This document shows positions 36,129 to 49,099 of a stretch of DNA of 64,000 bases, in pieces. The notes below the pieces were generated by a model, which was given only the letters and a program-made list of their open reading frames with translations, was not told the DNA's origin and made no database searches. The DNA comes from Camelus ferus (Eukaryota), in contig NC_045696.1 of the NCBI RefSeq assembly GCF_009834535.1, forward strand, positions 113,152,001-113,216,000, written 5' to 3'. Numbering within the stretch: position 1 is the stretch's first letter; the number at the start of each line of letters is the position of its first letter. The translations under genes and the position numbers were made by a program.

Positions 36129-36559
36129 ATTTGTGGCAACGTGGATGGACCTAGAGATGATTGTATTAAGTGAAGTAAGTCAGACAGATATCACTTATAT
36201 GTAGAATCTTTAAAAATGATGCAAATGAACTTATTTACAAACCAGAAATACACTCACAGACATAGAAAACAAACTATGGTTACCAAAAAGGAAAGAGGGG
36301 GAGGGATAAATTGGGAGTTTGGGATTAGCAGATACACACTACGATATATAAAATAGATAAACAAGGACCTACTGTATAGCACAGGGGACTATACTAAATA
36401 CCTTGTAATAACCCATAATGGAAAAGAATCTGATAAAGAATAAGTATATATGTATATGTATAATTGAATCACTTTGCTGTCTACCCAAAACTAACACAAC
36501 ATTGTAAATTAACTATACTTCAATTTAAAAAGAAATAAATAGAATTAAACCTAAAAAAG
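36129..36559 (+). mobile_element. 5'-truncated L1 3' end
   Basis: TSD aaaaatctgtggctc (36114-36128) / aacaatcagtggctc (36560-36574); complete 3'UTR. Confidence 0.9.
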
Positions 36560-37261
36560 AACAATCAGTGGCTCTCTGGGGTAAAGGTAACTGACACCCA
36601 ACAAGAAGCAATTCCAATTATTATAGTGCATTTTTCTGTCCTGTGCTTTCATCTCCTGCCAATGCTCAAGACACAAAGTCCAGGGAATTCATCTCAGCCA
36701 ACAGTCTTTTCAAGTCTCCATCATTGTCTTACCTAGTTATTGAAATTGTTCATTCTGAAATAGATTTGTGGGACTGTAATTGTCCAAGTAATTGCTTTCT
36801 TGTACTACGTGATGTCTTAGATAATGAAACTTAGTTTTGCCAGGCACCCTCAGAAAAGAATTAAAGAATTTCTGTAATGCAACTTAATTTATTTTAAGCA
36901 AAGACTCTCCATGTGAAAAAATCAAAGGAGGAAATTATTGTCATAGAAGTCAAGCCTAATTAAAACTATAAATCATCAATTTGTTCCTTTAACAAATGTA
37001 TTGAGCACCCTAGTGTGTGTTAGAAATTGGTATAGGTGCTTTGGGGTGTATTAAATTTGATTTAGTAAAAAGGATGCTGAGTCTTTAAAGTGAAAGGAGC
37101 CTTTAAAATATCCTGTTAAGACTGAGTTTTGAGGTAAGACCACAAAGGTTAGAGATTCTTCCTTCAGTCACAAAATACGTGCAACACGGAACATTGCTGT
37201 ATTGTTTGTTCCCCAGGTTCGAGCTCTGCACCCCTGGGGGTCTGGGGGAGGGTTCTACGCC

Positions 37262-37498
37262 ATGGAGGCTCCTAAAAAAAAACCAAAAATTGAGTTACCA
37301 TATGATCCAGCAATCCCACTCCTGGGCACATATCTGGAGAAAACTCTAATTCAAAAAGACATATGCACCCCAATGTTCATAGCAGCACTGTTTACAGTAA
37401 CCAAGATATGGAAGCAACCTAAGTGTCCATTAATAGATGAATGGATAAAGAACATGTGGGGGATATGTGTGTGTGTGTAAATATATATATACATTTAC

Positions 37499-37545
<47 letters not shown>

Positions 37546-37891
37546 CAGTATTACTCAGCCATAAAAAGAATGAAATATTGCCACTTGCAGCAACATGGAT
37601 GGACATAGAGATGATCATACTAAGTGAAGTAAGTCAGACAGAGAAAGATGAATATCATGTAATAGCACTTCTAAATGTAGAATCTTAAAAAAATGATACA
37701 AATGAACTTATTTACAAACCAGAAGTAGATGCACAGACATAGAAAGCCAACTATGGTTACCAAAAGTGAAAGGGATGAGGAGGGGAGACATAAATTAAGA
37801 GCTGCTTGTGATTAACAGATACACACTACTATATATAAAACAGATTAACAACAAAGACCTACTGTATAGCACAGGGAACTAAATTCCGTAC
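37262..37891 (+). mobile_element. L1 ORF2-end/3'UTR fragment lacking its terminus
   Basis: [14 protein letters not shown]...KQPKCP translation; stops at gcacagggaactaaattccgtacc; contains (TA)n at ~37500-37540. Confidence 0.9.
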
Positions 37892-38040
37892 CTTTCTGGC
37901 TTACTTCACTTAGATTGACAATTTCCAGGTCCATCCATATTGCTGCAAATTCATTATTTTATTCTTTTTTATGGCTGAGTAGTATTCCATTGTGTATATA
38001 TACACCACAGCTTCTTTATCCAGTTATCTGTCAATGGACA
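37892..38040 (-). mobile_element. Antisense L1 fragment of a different subfamily, lacking its 3' end
   Basis: tttctggcttacttcacttagattgaca...cagttatctgtcaatggaca. Confidence 0.85.
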
Positions 38041-39767
38041 GGTCTCCTTCAACAAATTTAATTTTTTTTAAAGTGTAAGTTGATTTGGAGGGAAATATCA
38101 AGCACAGTTGTTATCCAAAATGATGAAACTTATACTTGAATGAGTACCATCTGCAAATGTTCATTTTAAAGAACTGGAGCTGAGAAACCAGAGTCTTCGC
38201 CCTCTGTCCTCCACCAGCCAACCATCTAAGCTGTACCAGCTCGCTCACCCTTTGAAGGCCTCAATTTTTTTTTCGTAGAAGGTGTGAGAGTTGAATCAGA
38301 TAAACCTGAAGAGTTTTCCAGGTCCAAAATCCTATGGTGGTGACCAAACTGAGGATGACCCAGGCCTGACATGCCATGGGAAACACTGAGCAGACCTTCC
38401 TTGCAGGCTGGGAATTCATTCCCTCAGAATGACATTGGGTTCCTTTGGATATGTTTTAAACAACAGTTAAGCCTGTTTGTTTTCTAACTGTGAATGCCTC
38501 AATTCCAAAAAGAATAAAACAATAGACTTCTTATTTAAGGAAAAATGACTAACAATGTGGTCACGGGAGTCTGTACCGTGAGGCTGCCTGAGGTGTATCG
38601 CCTGCTCTCCTGTGACTCCCAGTCCACTCCCTCCAGTGCTGCAGACAGGAAAACAAGCTTCCCAGGGCTTGTGCTCTATCTGTTTTGGACTTCCCCGTTT
38701 CTTTTCATAACATTTTAGAAAGTTGTCTTTTACCATTATATCTGCTCAGTGTTAATCTTAGCTAGTAAAATGCAGATCAGCTTTGTGATGTCATGCCTTC
38801 CTCTAAACCCTAGCTCTGCCACACACACTTTAAAATAATTCCCATCTTCTCTTTTGCTGTAGGGCGTTCTCTGGCTCCTTCAGAAATGAGATGGGCTGTG
38901 TAAAGTCAGAACTTCCAGAGCCCCTACTCCCCTGTGCTTCCCTCTCCCCTCTCCTTCCTGCCTCCCACTGATACAGCTCCTGTGGACCCTTCTTAGTATC
39001 TACTCCTCTGTCCTTTGCACTGTCTGTGCACCTGATGTTCCTCAGGGTCACCTCTCTTTTTGCTGGTGCCCCTTTATTTCCCTGCTGAGCGGACCGCAAA
39101 CCATGCTGTCCTGGGTATCCCTAGGACTGCACCTGTTTGGATATTGGCTTAGTGGAAGCACATCTTTTGAACATCTCTAGAGGCAAACACCCACTCCGAC
39201 AGAGAGGGGGGATGCTAACAAGCAGAGTGCAGCCCTCCAAGAAGTCTGCCCCTCACTATGCCTTTTGCCTTTTTGCTGAAGGACTTGACTTTACAGCCAG
39301 GTACTATTCGTGACAAAGATACCTATGGCCGGTCTTATTATTTACACTTTATTCTAGGAGGTTGCATCGGGTCTGGTGTGTGACCCTTGGTTAAGCTGGA
39401 ACAACACAGGCACCCAGTGGGAGAGAGAAAGCTAACAGGCGGCACTTCAGCCCCACGCCAGCACATCCCGCGTTGGGCACGGATGCACCAGTGCCAACTA
39501 GCCACGGAGGTCACTGCATGTTCCCCTCCTTCTCCCGAGGACCCCCTCTGTCTGGACCAGCTGTGGGCTGGGTCCTTCCCTACATTTTACTGCAAGTAGA
39601 TTGCACTGCAGTTTGTCAAAAATATATTCAGAGATATAATCTAAAATATGATGACCCAACCAGTTAAAAAAGGAAGAATTCATACAAATAGTCCCTGGTC
39701 CCCTCCTCCTAGTAGTATAACAAATCATGTGCCTAAATTTTTCAACCTGTTTTTTCTCTCTCCCTCT

Positions 39768-39945
39768 TTTTTTTTTTTTTTGATTTAGAATGTTGTATTG
39801 GTTTCTGGTGTACAGCATAATGATTCAGATACACACACACACACACACACACATATATTATACACACATACACACACATATACATATATATATATTCTTT
39901 TTCATTATAGGTTACTACAAGCCATTGAATATAATTTTCTGTGCA
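39768..39945 (-). mobile_element. L1 3' tip with internal (CA)n/(TA)n
   Basis: polyT; gtttctggtgtacagcataatgattcag; cattataggttactacaagccattgaatata. Confidence 0.85.
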
Positions 39946-40323
39946 TAATTCAGGCTACCATAGAGAAGGCACAATTAATATAGAGTAAAACCTTAGTTAC
40001 CTAGAATTAAAATAGCTAGGACCCTCATGTAACCGTAAATTCCCTTATTGAATTTTTATAAGAAGCAAATGATGGAAACCTAAGAACTAAAATTCAACCT
40101 ACCACTCCGTACTCCCTGTATTTATACACATAGAAGAAGTGTATAAAAACCAGATTTATTCTAGAGAACTGGGAAGTGCAATGATAATGTGCAATGATTA
40201 TGGTGAAACATCATTTGTTATTCTGATGCTCAGAAATTTTGGTTCGATAAATATTTATTGAATGCCCAAGACCCTGAATCATCCCAGATTAAATTTATTC
40301 TGCTAAAAATGAAGGAATTGAGA

Positions 40324-42190
40324 TTTTTCTTTTTTTTCTTTTATTGATTTTTTAATTTTATTGACATATAGTTGATTTAAAATGTTGTGTTAGTTTCTGG
40401 AGTACAGCAAAGTGATTTAGATGTATTTTTTTCCAGATTCTTTTCTATTGTCATTTATTACAAGATATTGAATATAGTTCCCTGCACTGTATAGTAGGAA
40501 GTTATTGTTTATCTATTTTATATATAGTAGTTTGTATCTGTTAATCACAAACTCCTAATTTATCCCCCTCTTTCCCCTTTGGTAACCATAAATTTGTTTT
40601 CAAGGTCTGTGAGTCTGTTTCTGTTTTGTAAAGAAGTTCATTTGTATCATATTTTAGATTCCACATAAAAGTGATGTCATGATATCTGTCTTTCTTTGAC
40701 TTCACACTTAGTATGATAATCTCTAGGTCTATCTATGTTGCTGTAAATGGCATTATTTTATTCTTTTTTATGGATGAATAGTATTCCATTGCATATATAT
40801 ATCATATCTTCTTTGTCTATTTATCTGTTGATGGGCATTTAGGTTGCTTTCCTGTCTTGGCAATTATAAATAGTGCTGCTGTGAACATTGGGTGGGGATG
40901 TATCTTTTTGAGTTACAGTTTTCTCCAGATATATGCCCAGGAGTGGGATTGCTGGATCATATGGTAGCTCTATTTTTAGCTTTTTAAGGAACCTCCATAC
41001 TGTTTTCCACAGTGGCTGCACCAATTTACATTCCCACTGACAGTATAGGAAGCTTCCCTTTAATCCACACCCTGTCCAGCATTTATGATTTGTAGACTTT
41101 TTGATGACAGCCATTCTGAGCAGTATGAGGTCACTGGTGTGGCCAGTATGATACCTCATTGTGGTTTTGATGTGCATTTCTGTAATAATTAGCAATATTG
41201 AGCATCTTTTCATGTACCTGTTGGCCACCTGTATGTCTTCTTTGGAGAAATGTCTATTTAGGTCTTCTGGTCATTTTTGATTAGGTTGTTTATTTTTTTG
41301 TTATTGAGTTATACGAGCTGTGTATTTTGGAAATTAAACTCTTGTCAGTCACATCATTTGCAAATATTTTCTCCGATTCCATAAGTTGTCTTTTTGTTTA
41401 TGGTTTCCTTTGCTGTGCAAAAGCTTACACATTTGATTAGGTCCCATTTGTTTCTTTTTGTTTTTATTTCTATTGCCCTTGAGGACTGACCTAGGAGAAC
41501 ATTGCTACGATTTATGTCAGAGAATGTTTTCCCTGTGTTCTTTTCTAGGAGTTTTATGGTGTCCTGTCTTATACTAGTCTTTAAATCATTTTTTACTTTA
41601 TTTTTGCGTATGGTGTGAGGGAGTGTTCTAACTTCACTGATTCACATGCAGTTGTCCAGTTTTCCCAACACCACTTGCTGAAGAGACTGTCTTTTCTCCA
41701 TTGTATGTTCGTGCCTCCTTTGTCAAAGATTAATTGACCATAAGTCAGTGGGTTTATTTCTGGGCCCTCTATTCTGTTCCATTGATCCACACATACGTCT
41801 GTTTTTATGCCAATACCTCATTGTCTTGATTACTGTTGCTCTGTAGTATTGTCTGAAGGCTGGAAAGACTATGCGTCCAGTTTTGCTCTTTTTCCTCAGT
41901 ATTGCTTTGGCAATTCAGGTCTTCTATGAGTCCATAAGAATTTTAGGATTATTTGTTCTCATTTTGTGAAAAATGTCATGGGTAATTTGATAAGGATCCC
42001 ATTAAATCTGTAGATTGCTTTGGGTAGAATGGCCAATTTAACAATACTAATTCTTCCAATGCAAGAGCATGGGCTATCTTTCTGTCTCTTTGAATCACCT
42101 TCAGTTTCCTTTACCGATGTTTCACAGTCCTCAGCATAAAAGTCTCTTACATTCTTGGCTATGCTTACTCCTACATATTTTATTTTTTGA
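40324..42190 (-). mobile_element. ~1.9 kb 5'-truncated L1 (ORF2 C-terminal part + 3'UTR), frameshifted
   Basis: ORF fragments [71 protein letters not shown]. Confidence 0.95.
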
Positions 42191-43769
42191 TGTTTCTCCG
42201 AATGACTCTGCTTCACTGACTGGGCTTCCCGTAGCTTTCACATGAAGGAAAGAAAAACAGCTTTTAAAACCACAGGCTTAGAATGAAATGGGCAAAACAG
42301 CGAAAAAGAATCTTAATCGCTGAGAAACTGAACACTGGGCATCTTTCTAATGATGTGCCTGTCCCCTTGAAAAACTCCAATGAGTAAACTGATTTAGTTA
42401 CTACTGGAGGATACCTAAATATTAAATGAACACTTTAAGTTCATGTAATTGCTCACCTGGTATCTGTGAACAGGATGTTACCAGGAGAAAATTTTCTCCA
42501 GTGTTTCATGAAGCTAGCATTTACACACCGCTCGAAATATGAAAGTAGACCTTATTTTTATTAGCTGTGCTTTGAACATAAGTATTCTATAATTTTTGAT
42601 GTATTTGAATGTATATATCTTCATTTACAGATCTTGAGCTAAAATACAAACATTAACTTAAGACCTTTATTCTTTTCTCTGTGTCATTTAGCATGTGATC
42701 AACATTTTCCCTGCCACCTTTTACTGGGAAACAAAATTCCCCAGATCCCACCCACATGCCTGTACTTTGACTATTAAATTAGCTTATTTCTCAAGGGAAA
42801 AAAGTGTTGTTGTCATAGTAACCATAGTATGCATTGAGACACACAGTGTGTACTTGATTGAGAAATTAGGCTATGGGGAACTTAGACCCATTTGGACTCA
42901 AAAGTTACTAGGTTTTTACCAATTCTGGTAAGATACTGGTAAGGAGCTTCCAGGAATTCAAATTGGGCCCAGTTGGATGTCTTCTCTTATCACAAGAACC
43001 TCTGGGAAGAAATAGTAGAGCTATTCTGTTCCTCCCAGGTCAAGGTCAGAGAGTGGCTTCTTAAAGGGCATCAGAGATGGGCTCCCTTTGCCCTGGAAAA
43101 GCCCTTTCTTAACCTCACACCACAGCACTGGTTCCCACAGCTGTCTGCTTTCTGAATTTAGCCAAGCTCATGAATGGACAGTGTAGAAGGATCCAAACGT
43201 TGCTTTCATTAACTGTCCTTTCCCTCCTTGTCTAGGGCTGCAAATCTTGGGAAGTAGAATGGGAAAAAAGATTGATTTCTTCGGTTGCTTCATAAGCCAC
43301 ATGCATTACAGCTTCATGTAAATATCCTGGTTTTAAAAAGAAATTATAGCTTGATTTTATAAAAGAGAGAATTGCACGTTGGCTCCAGCACTGAATATCC
43401 TCCCAGTATATAGAGTTTTTTATGACTCATATTCAAGTATACTAATTAACTAAAATATCCAATAAAACTTACTCACAGGAAATCGTGGCAAGTTATTATC
43501 CACACATGCCTGGGGAGGGCTATGTTTTGAACGTGTATCTCTACACGTTCAAAAAACGTCTTAAGGACGTAAAGGAAAAACGTCTTAAGCAAGAGCATCC
43601 AGGGGAGAAGGTATTTTGAAAAAAGGAGACTTCCTGACCCTCTTCAATCAAAAGTAAACCTTGTCAGGGGTCTCAAATAGGTAGAATTGTAAACATTTCT
43701 GTGCCAGATTAGATGAACGTTCATGTGTTTGATACTCAAAGGATGTTAAAGAAGAAAAGAACTTTGGAA

Positions 43770-43920
43770 ATAAACTAGTCAAGACCCTGCATTTTACAAG
43801 GAGACCCAAAGGGCACAGAGACTTGCCCAAGAGCCCCTGGGTCAGAGGTGAGGCTAGATTTCACACAATGTCCCAGCACCGTGCAACTTCCAGGACTCCG
43901 TCTGACCTCTCTCCATGTCC
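43770..43920 (-). mobile_element. MIR fragment
   Basis: ctagtcaagaccctgcattttacaaggagacccaaaggg...gacttgcccaag. Confidence 0.55.
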
Positions 43921-46054
43921 TCATGAACTGTCCCCTCGTTAGCTGCTACTTCAGTTCCTTGTTTTCAGACCCTTGCAAGAATTGCATGGATGCTAGCAAT
44001 GCTTCTATTAAGCCCCAGCTGGAAGGGCCAGGAAGTATCTAATTTCTAGCCAGCCTGTAGATAGACGTTCATAATGTTAGCACCCAAGACTGCAGGCTCC
44101 CGTGATTAAACGGCAGCGTGGCTCCCTTTACATTCTTGTTATTTTGATAATTAGATGGGATTGCCAGCTCATCTCTGACCCGACACTCGTATTTCATCTT
44201 TAAAGTGAGTCAGGAGTGAGTAAGTCATTGTAGTTTTGCAGAACAAACTATACCTGTCGCTCATTAAAATGTGTTTCAAGTTTAATAAAATTGTTCCCCA
44301 CGCAGTAATAAACCGGGTGAGGTGTCTAGCACATCATGGAGGCTTTTAATGGTCTGTTTGCTTTTCAAAGATGTGAAGCAAGACAAACTATGAATAAGGA
44401 AAATGCAGTACTGCCTCAGAGTTGCAGCTTTAAATTTTTCTTGCCATTTTCAACAGAACCATCTGCTACCTTCTATGTTTCCAAAATATAAAACTCTAGT
44501 CTATGGATCATATTTTTTAAAATATTTCCTTTTCTTTTTCCAATCTGAATAAATACCACCCATTTAGAAGAAGTTAAATAGCATTAATCAGATGTTGGAA
44601 AAAAGAGAGAGAGAAACAGGAGTGTTTGGCAGAAAATAATTCCGAAAAAGCCAACCAAAGAAGGATCAAAATTGCTGTATAAATCATAACTGTATGTGTA
44701 TATATATATTTATATTTATTTATATTTATATATATATAAATTATTTATTTACACTTAATTTCTTACTAATTTGGCATCTGTGCTCAAATTATTTGTCAAG
44801 GTCAATAAGCCAGAGCTGGAACACAGAAGCTTATGTTGTTCCCCTTCATCAGAAATAATTTAATTTTTTATATTATATAACATATATATTGTGTTATTTA
44901 TCATATCATTTATATAATTCACATACATACGTTTTGTCGTATTATATTTTCTGTGTATATATATTCATATATATTCATTTGAATAAGCTGTGGGAAGTTC
45001 TGCCCTGTTGACTAAGGGGTAATGTTGACTCTTTCCTGGGGATGATATTAGTAGATCATTAAGACTTTAATTCCTCTTGCATTATGTTTCTGCTACTTTA
45101 ATTCAAATCAACAACAGTTACTAGCAAGAAGGCAGCATGTCATGCCTGTGGGGAAATGACTGAGACAGTCCACCGGTCAGGAAGCAACACGTCACTGTTG
45201 TCATAATTCCTCATCCTTCTGAGGGTCTGAGACTGTCCCTGTCCCTCCCTCCCTCCCGCCTCCATAGGTTCATGCTGGATCTTTCAGTCTTCTCGATGCT
45301 TGGGGAGGAAGCTCTGTCTGGACCTTCTTTTTACTCTCGTAGAGTGTAGATGAATTTTTCTTAATATTTGTCCCACATCATCTACCTTTGTCTTCCTCCC
45401 TGAGTACAGCTTGTGAGCTGAGTATTGGCTTCCAATGTCTTTTCTAAAGCACGACCGTGCAAATGTGGAGGCACCAGTACAGCACGCCGCCTTTGCTGGG
45501 GCCCTGGGCTTAGCTCCCTCTTCCAAATCCCATTAGATGTCAGAAACCAGGGTCTCCAAGGCTGCGAGCTTCAGCTCTTTCCCTAATTAAGATCAGAGCC
45601 CTGCTTTTGCCAACGTCCCGTGATCATACCCAAGAGCTACTCTTTTCTAAGGCATTTTTCTTGGCTTTTCCCAGGATTCCCTCTGCACCTCCCTCAGATC
45701 CCTACTTTCCAAATCTAAAGATATCACGAGAGAGTCTCTGCCTTCAGCCGTCCCCTTCTTCCCTCTGTATTGTCTCAGAGGTTGGAAATGTTGGCGTGGC
45801 ACTGCTCTTATCCTCCGGACCGCACTTTTTAAGATGAGGGGATGGAGTTATATGCCTCTCCTTGTTTTGTGGCTGCTGGAAAATTTTTGCTTTGATTTGC
45901 TTTAATGTATTTTTTTTTTCATCCTTTAAGTGTCAAAGGAGGGAGACCCCCCTGGTCCAACTTCACACCATGGCCTTTTCTCTACATCACCTCAAAAATT
46001 ACATAAGTGGCACTACACAGATTTCGAGAAGTTTAAATGAAGTTTAAAAATTCC

Positions 46055-46460
46055 ACGGCAGATATTTAATTTCATTCCTGATTTTCTGATTATAAGAGAA
46101 TGTATTCTTTGGGAAACATTTAATATAGGAAAGCACTGTAAAGAACACATTCATTCTCATATCTTTTGGTGTATTTTCTTTTAGTATGTTGTTTACCTGT
46201 ATATAGTTTTTAAAAATTGGATTTACACTACATATTTGGGTTTTTATTTTGCTGTTTGTTTTGCCTCCAGCAGTACACTATGAGCACTTAGCATGGTCTT
46301 AAGTATTTTGGGGGAAAAAAGTTTTAATCATTTGGAAGCTTGCTAATATATTTAAATAATCTCCTATTGTTGGACATTTATACTATTTATAATTTTCATT
46401 AACATTAATACTGGGATAAACATCCTTTTATATAAATCGCTGGCTGTATTTCCTTTAAAT
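46055..46460 (-). mobile_element. Old L1ME-like 3' fragment
   Basis: tttctgattataagagaatg...aatctcctattgttggacattta...gataaacatccttt. Confidence 0.6.
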
Positions 46461-48354
46461 ATGTTATTAATAATCATTATAAACCCTGATTATTATCGAG
46501 TGCTGTAAGGGAGATAAAGAGAAATCCTGTACCAGATTAATTCTTGGGACATAGAATTTTGAATAAATTTAGGTATATGTCTCTTAGTGCTTGTTCCTCA
46601 TAAATTTAAGCTCTAAAGGCATGTGAATTCTAGTGCATTATTTAATGAAAGCCACTGAAGCATTTCCTAAGTTGTTTTTTCATTTGTTTTCAAAAGTATC
46701 ATTTTTGCTGCCTTGATCAGTGCCCTTTGGCTTTTTCTGCAGAGTTCAGAGTAGCATAGGGATTCAGTGCACAAACTCGGGTCAGAAGGACCTGGTATCT
46801 GGTCCCAACTGTGTCTGCAGTGGGATTTGATGTCCCCTCCACACCTCCGTCTGCACCTCCTTCTTTCATTACCTTCCAATGAGAGTGGCTTTCCTTCTGA
46901 CCCTCAAGGAGGCCAAGACCATATTCAACTTGGCCCTGATTCCTTTGGTCATAACACTCTTTCCCCAGTCTACTCGTAGCTGATCCTTTCTCGTTCAAGG
47001 GTTGGTTCTCTGCTCAGATCATGTTTCTATTAACTTTCCCCTAGAGTCATTCTCTATTACTCTGCTTTATTTCCTTCATAGTACTTCTCATCACTTTAAA
47101 GTGTCTTAATTATAGCCCTAAAATAATAATATAAAATAATGGCTCTGATTAATGGGTTTTACTAGCTTACCTCAGCACCCACAATTCCCTTCTCTCAGCA
47201 CCTGCAGCCCTGGTGCCCTTCTGTTCTGAGGGGGACTGCCCTCTTGTGGACTTTTAGGATATTGCTACTAAAGGCACACAGTGGTTTCATTTTTGCAACC
47301 ACAGGTCTGTTGTTTCCTGGGGACCAGGTGGCGGGGAGGGGGCTGGTCTCCAAGCATCAAATATCTAAAACTTACTGACTTTCAGGGGGCAGATTAGTAC
47401 ATTTCTAATCTACATGAAACAGGAATGACTTAAAATGCAGAATAACTTTGGTGTAATAATGATAATTTCTGTTCAGTGAGTGTTTTCTCAGCACCCACCA
47501 CTGTGCTAAGGGTTTTTCATACATTGTCTCTTTTAGCTTAAGCATCCTTAGCTGGAAAAGCAAGGCACTCACCTGAGACATTTAAAGAAAGCTTTCCCAA
47601 GTCTGTCTTAGAATAAAGCTGGTTCTCTGTGTCCAAGCTTTGTCTGCAACTTTTTTGGGAAAAAAAAGAATGAAAAGGTGGGACAACAGTTCATTTTTTT
47701 CCAGCACCAGAGGGGCCTGAGTTCTTGACTCAGCTCTGATGCTAATTACTATGTATCATGTAGAGATTCGTTTGTCTTCTTCATACCTTAGTTTCCCCAA
47801 AAGTAAAATGAGGCAGAGGGCCCTTCCAGGTGAGAGTGTGAAATGCTGTCAGTAAATATGCTCAGCCAGTGCCAAGGGGGCACAAAACAACATTTCTTCA
47901 ACCTTCCCGGGAATGGTGGCTCCAAAATCCTAAGAACTAGGACATCCCTGGTGTGTATTTATTACCTGCCGTGTTAACTGTCAGTTAACACCTGAAAATT
48001 CTTGCTTTACGACCCAGTAATTCTTTAGAGCTTTCAGGGGTAAGTCGTAACTCACGAATGATAGCTATGTTTTGAGTGTAATTAACTATGTATTAATATA
48101 ATTATCCATGTCTATGTTTTTAATTTTAAAGTTTATTTATCTTGGCTGTTTATTTCTTCCTATAACTTGTGTCCATGTTTAACTCAAGAAAAATCTATTC
48201 TGTAAACATGTATGGAGTACCTACCCTGCCCTGGTGCTGGTGTGGAGGAAATACCAGCAAAACAGATAACTGTAACCCAATTCTTATGAAATCTACTATC
48301 TAGTGTGTCATGACATCATTCCCAGTATCATCTTCAAAAATAATTGGGGATAAA

Positions 48355-48567
48355 GCAGATAAACTACTATATATACTATACATAAAACAGATAAACAACG
48401 AGGTCCCCCTGTAGAGCACAGCAAACTAAATTCAGTATCTTGTAATAAACTGTAATGGAAAAGAACTTGAAAAAGAATATATATGTATAATTGAAATCAT
48501 TTTACTCTACCCCAGAAACTAACAACAGTGCAAATTAACTATGCTTTAATTTAAAAAAAATAATTAA
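48355..48567 (+). mobile_element. L1 3' tip
   Basis: TSD aattggggataaa (48342-48354) / aattggagataaa (48568-48580); aaaacagataaacaacgaggtcc motif. Confidence 0.85.
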
Positions 48568-48639
48568 AATTGGAGATAAAAGGCCAAAATTAAGTGCTAG
48601 GAAATTGGATAATTTGTTATAGTATGCATGTTGGTGGCA

Positions 48640-48830
48640 GCATAATATAGATTTTAAAGTGTCTGCTTTGGGGTCTGACAGATTTCTTTTCAACCTCTTA
48701 TTTAGCTGTGTGATCTTGAGCAAGCCACCTTACATCGCTGTTCAACTGTGCCTCCCTTAATAATCAGAGATAATGCTCCTTAATATGCAGTGGTTCTGTA
48801 AGGATTAAATAATGTGTACAAAGAGTCATG
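48640..48830 (+). mobile_element. MIR
   Basis: tttagctgtgtgatcttgagcaagccac...gtaaggattaaataatgtg. Confidence 0.7.
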
Positions 48831-49099
48831 ACAGCCGTTGAGTGGAAAAGAATAACAAAAGAAAGAGAGGAAAACTGGAAGGTGGCAGAGTTTCTTAATA
48901 TTATACATAAATGGCTGGAATTCATTTTTAAAAAAGCTGAAGAGTAAAATCATCTTCTACTATATTTGAAACTAAAGATGGAATGCTTTGCCCCTATGTA
49001 CTAGTGTCCACTATCTTTCTGTCCTGGGCTCAGATACTCCAGAAAACAAGTTCAATTTTAACCCACCTGCTAAATTGGCTGAAAAAAAGATCTGCAAGA

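Noticed and set aside
40839..42216. ORFs with clear L1 ORF2 similarity (also 31789-32073, 37202-37480, 60412-60603, 62847-63035)
   Set aside because: Frameshifted pieces of 5'-truncated dead L1s, not functional genes or a domesticated reverse transcriptase.
42484..42499. 16-bp perfect palindrome ggagaaaattttctcc
   Set aside because: About one 8-bp-arm palindrome is expected by chance in 64 kb.
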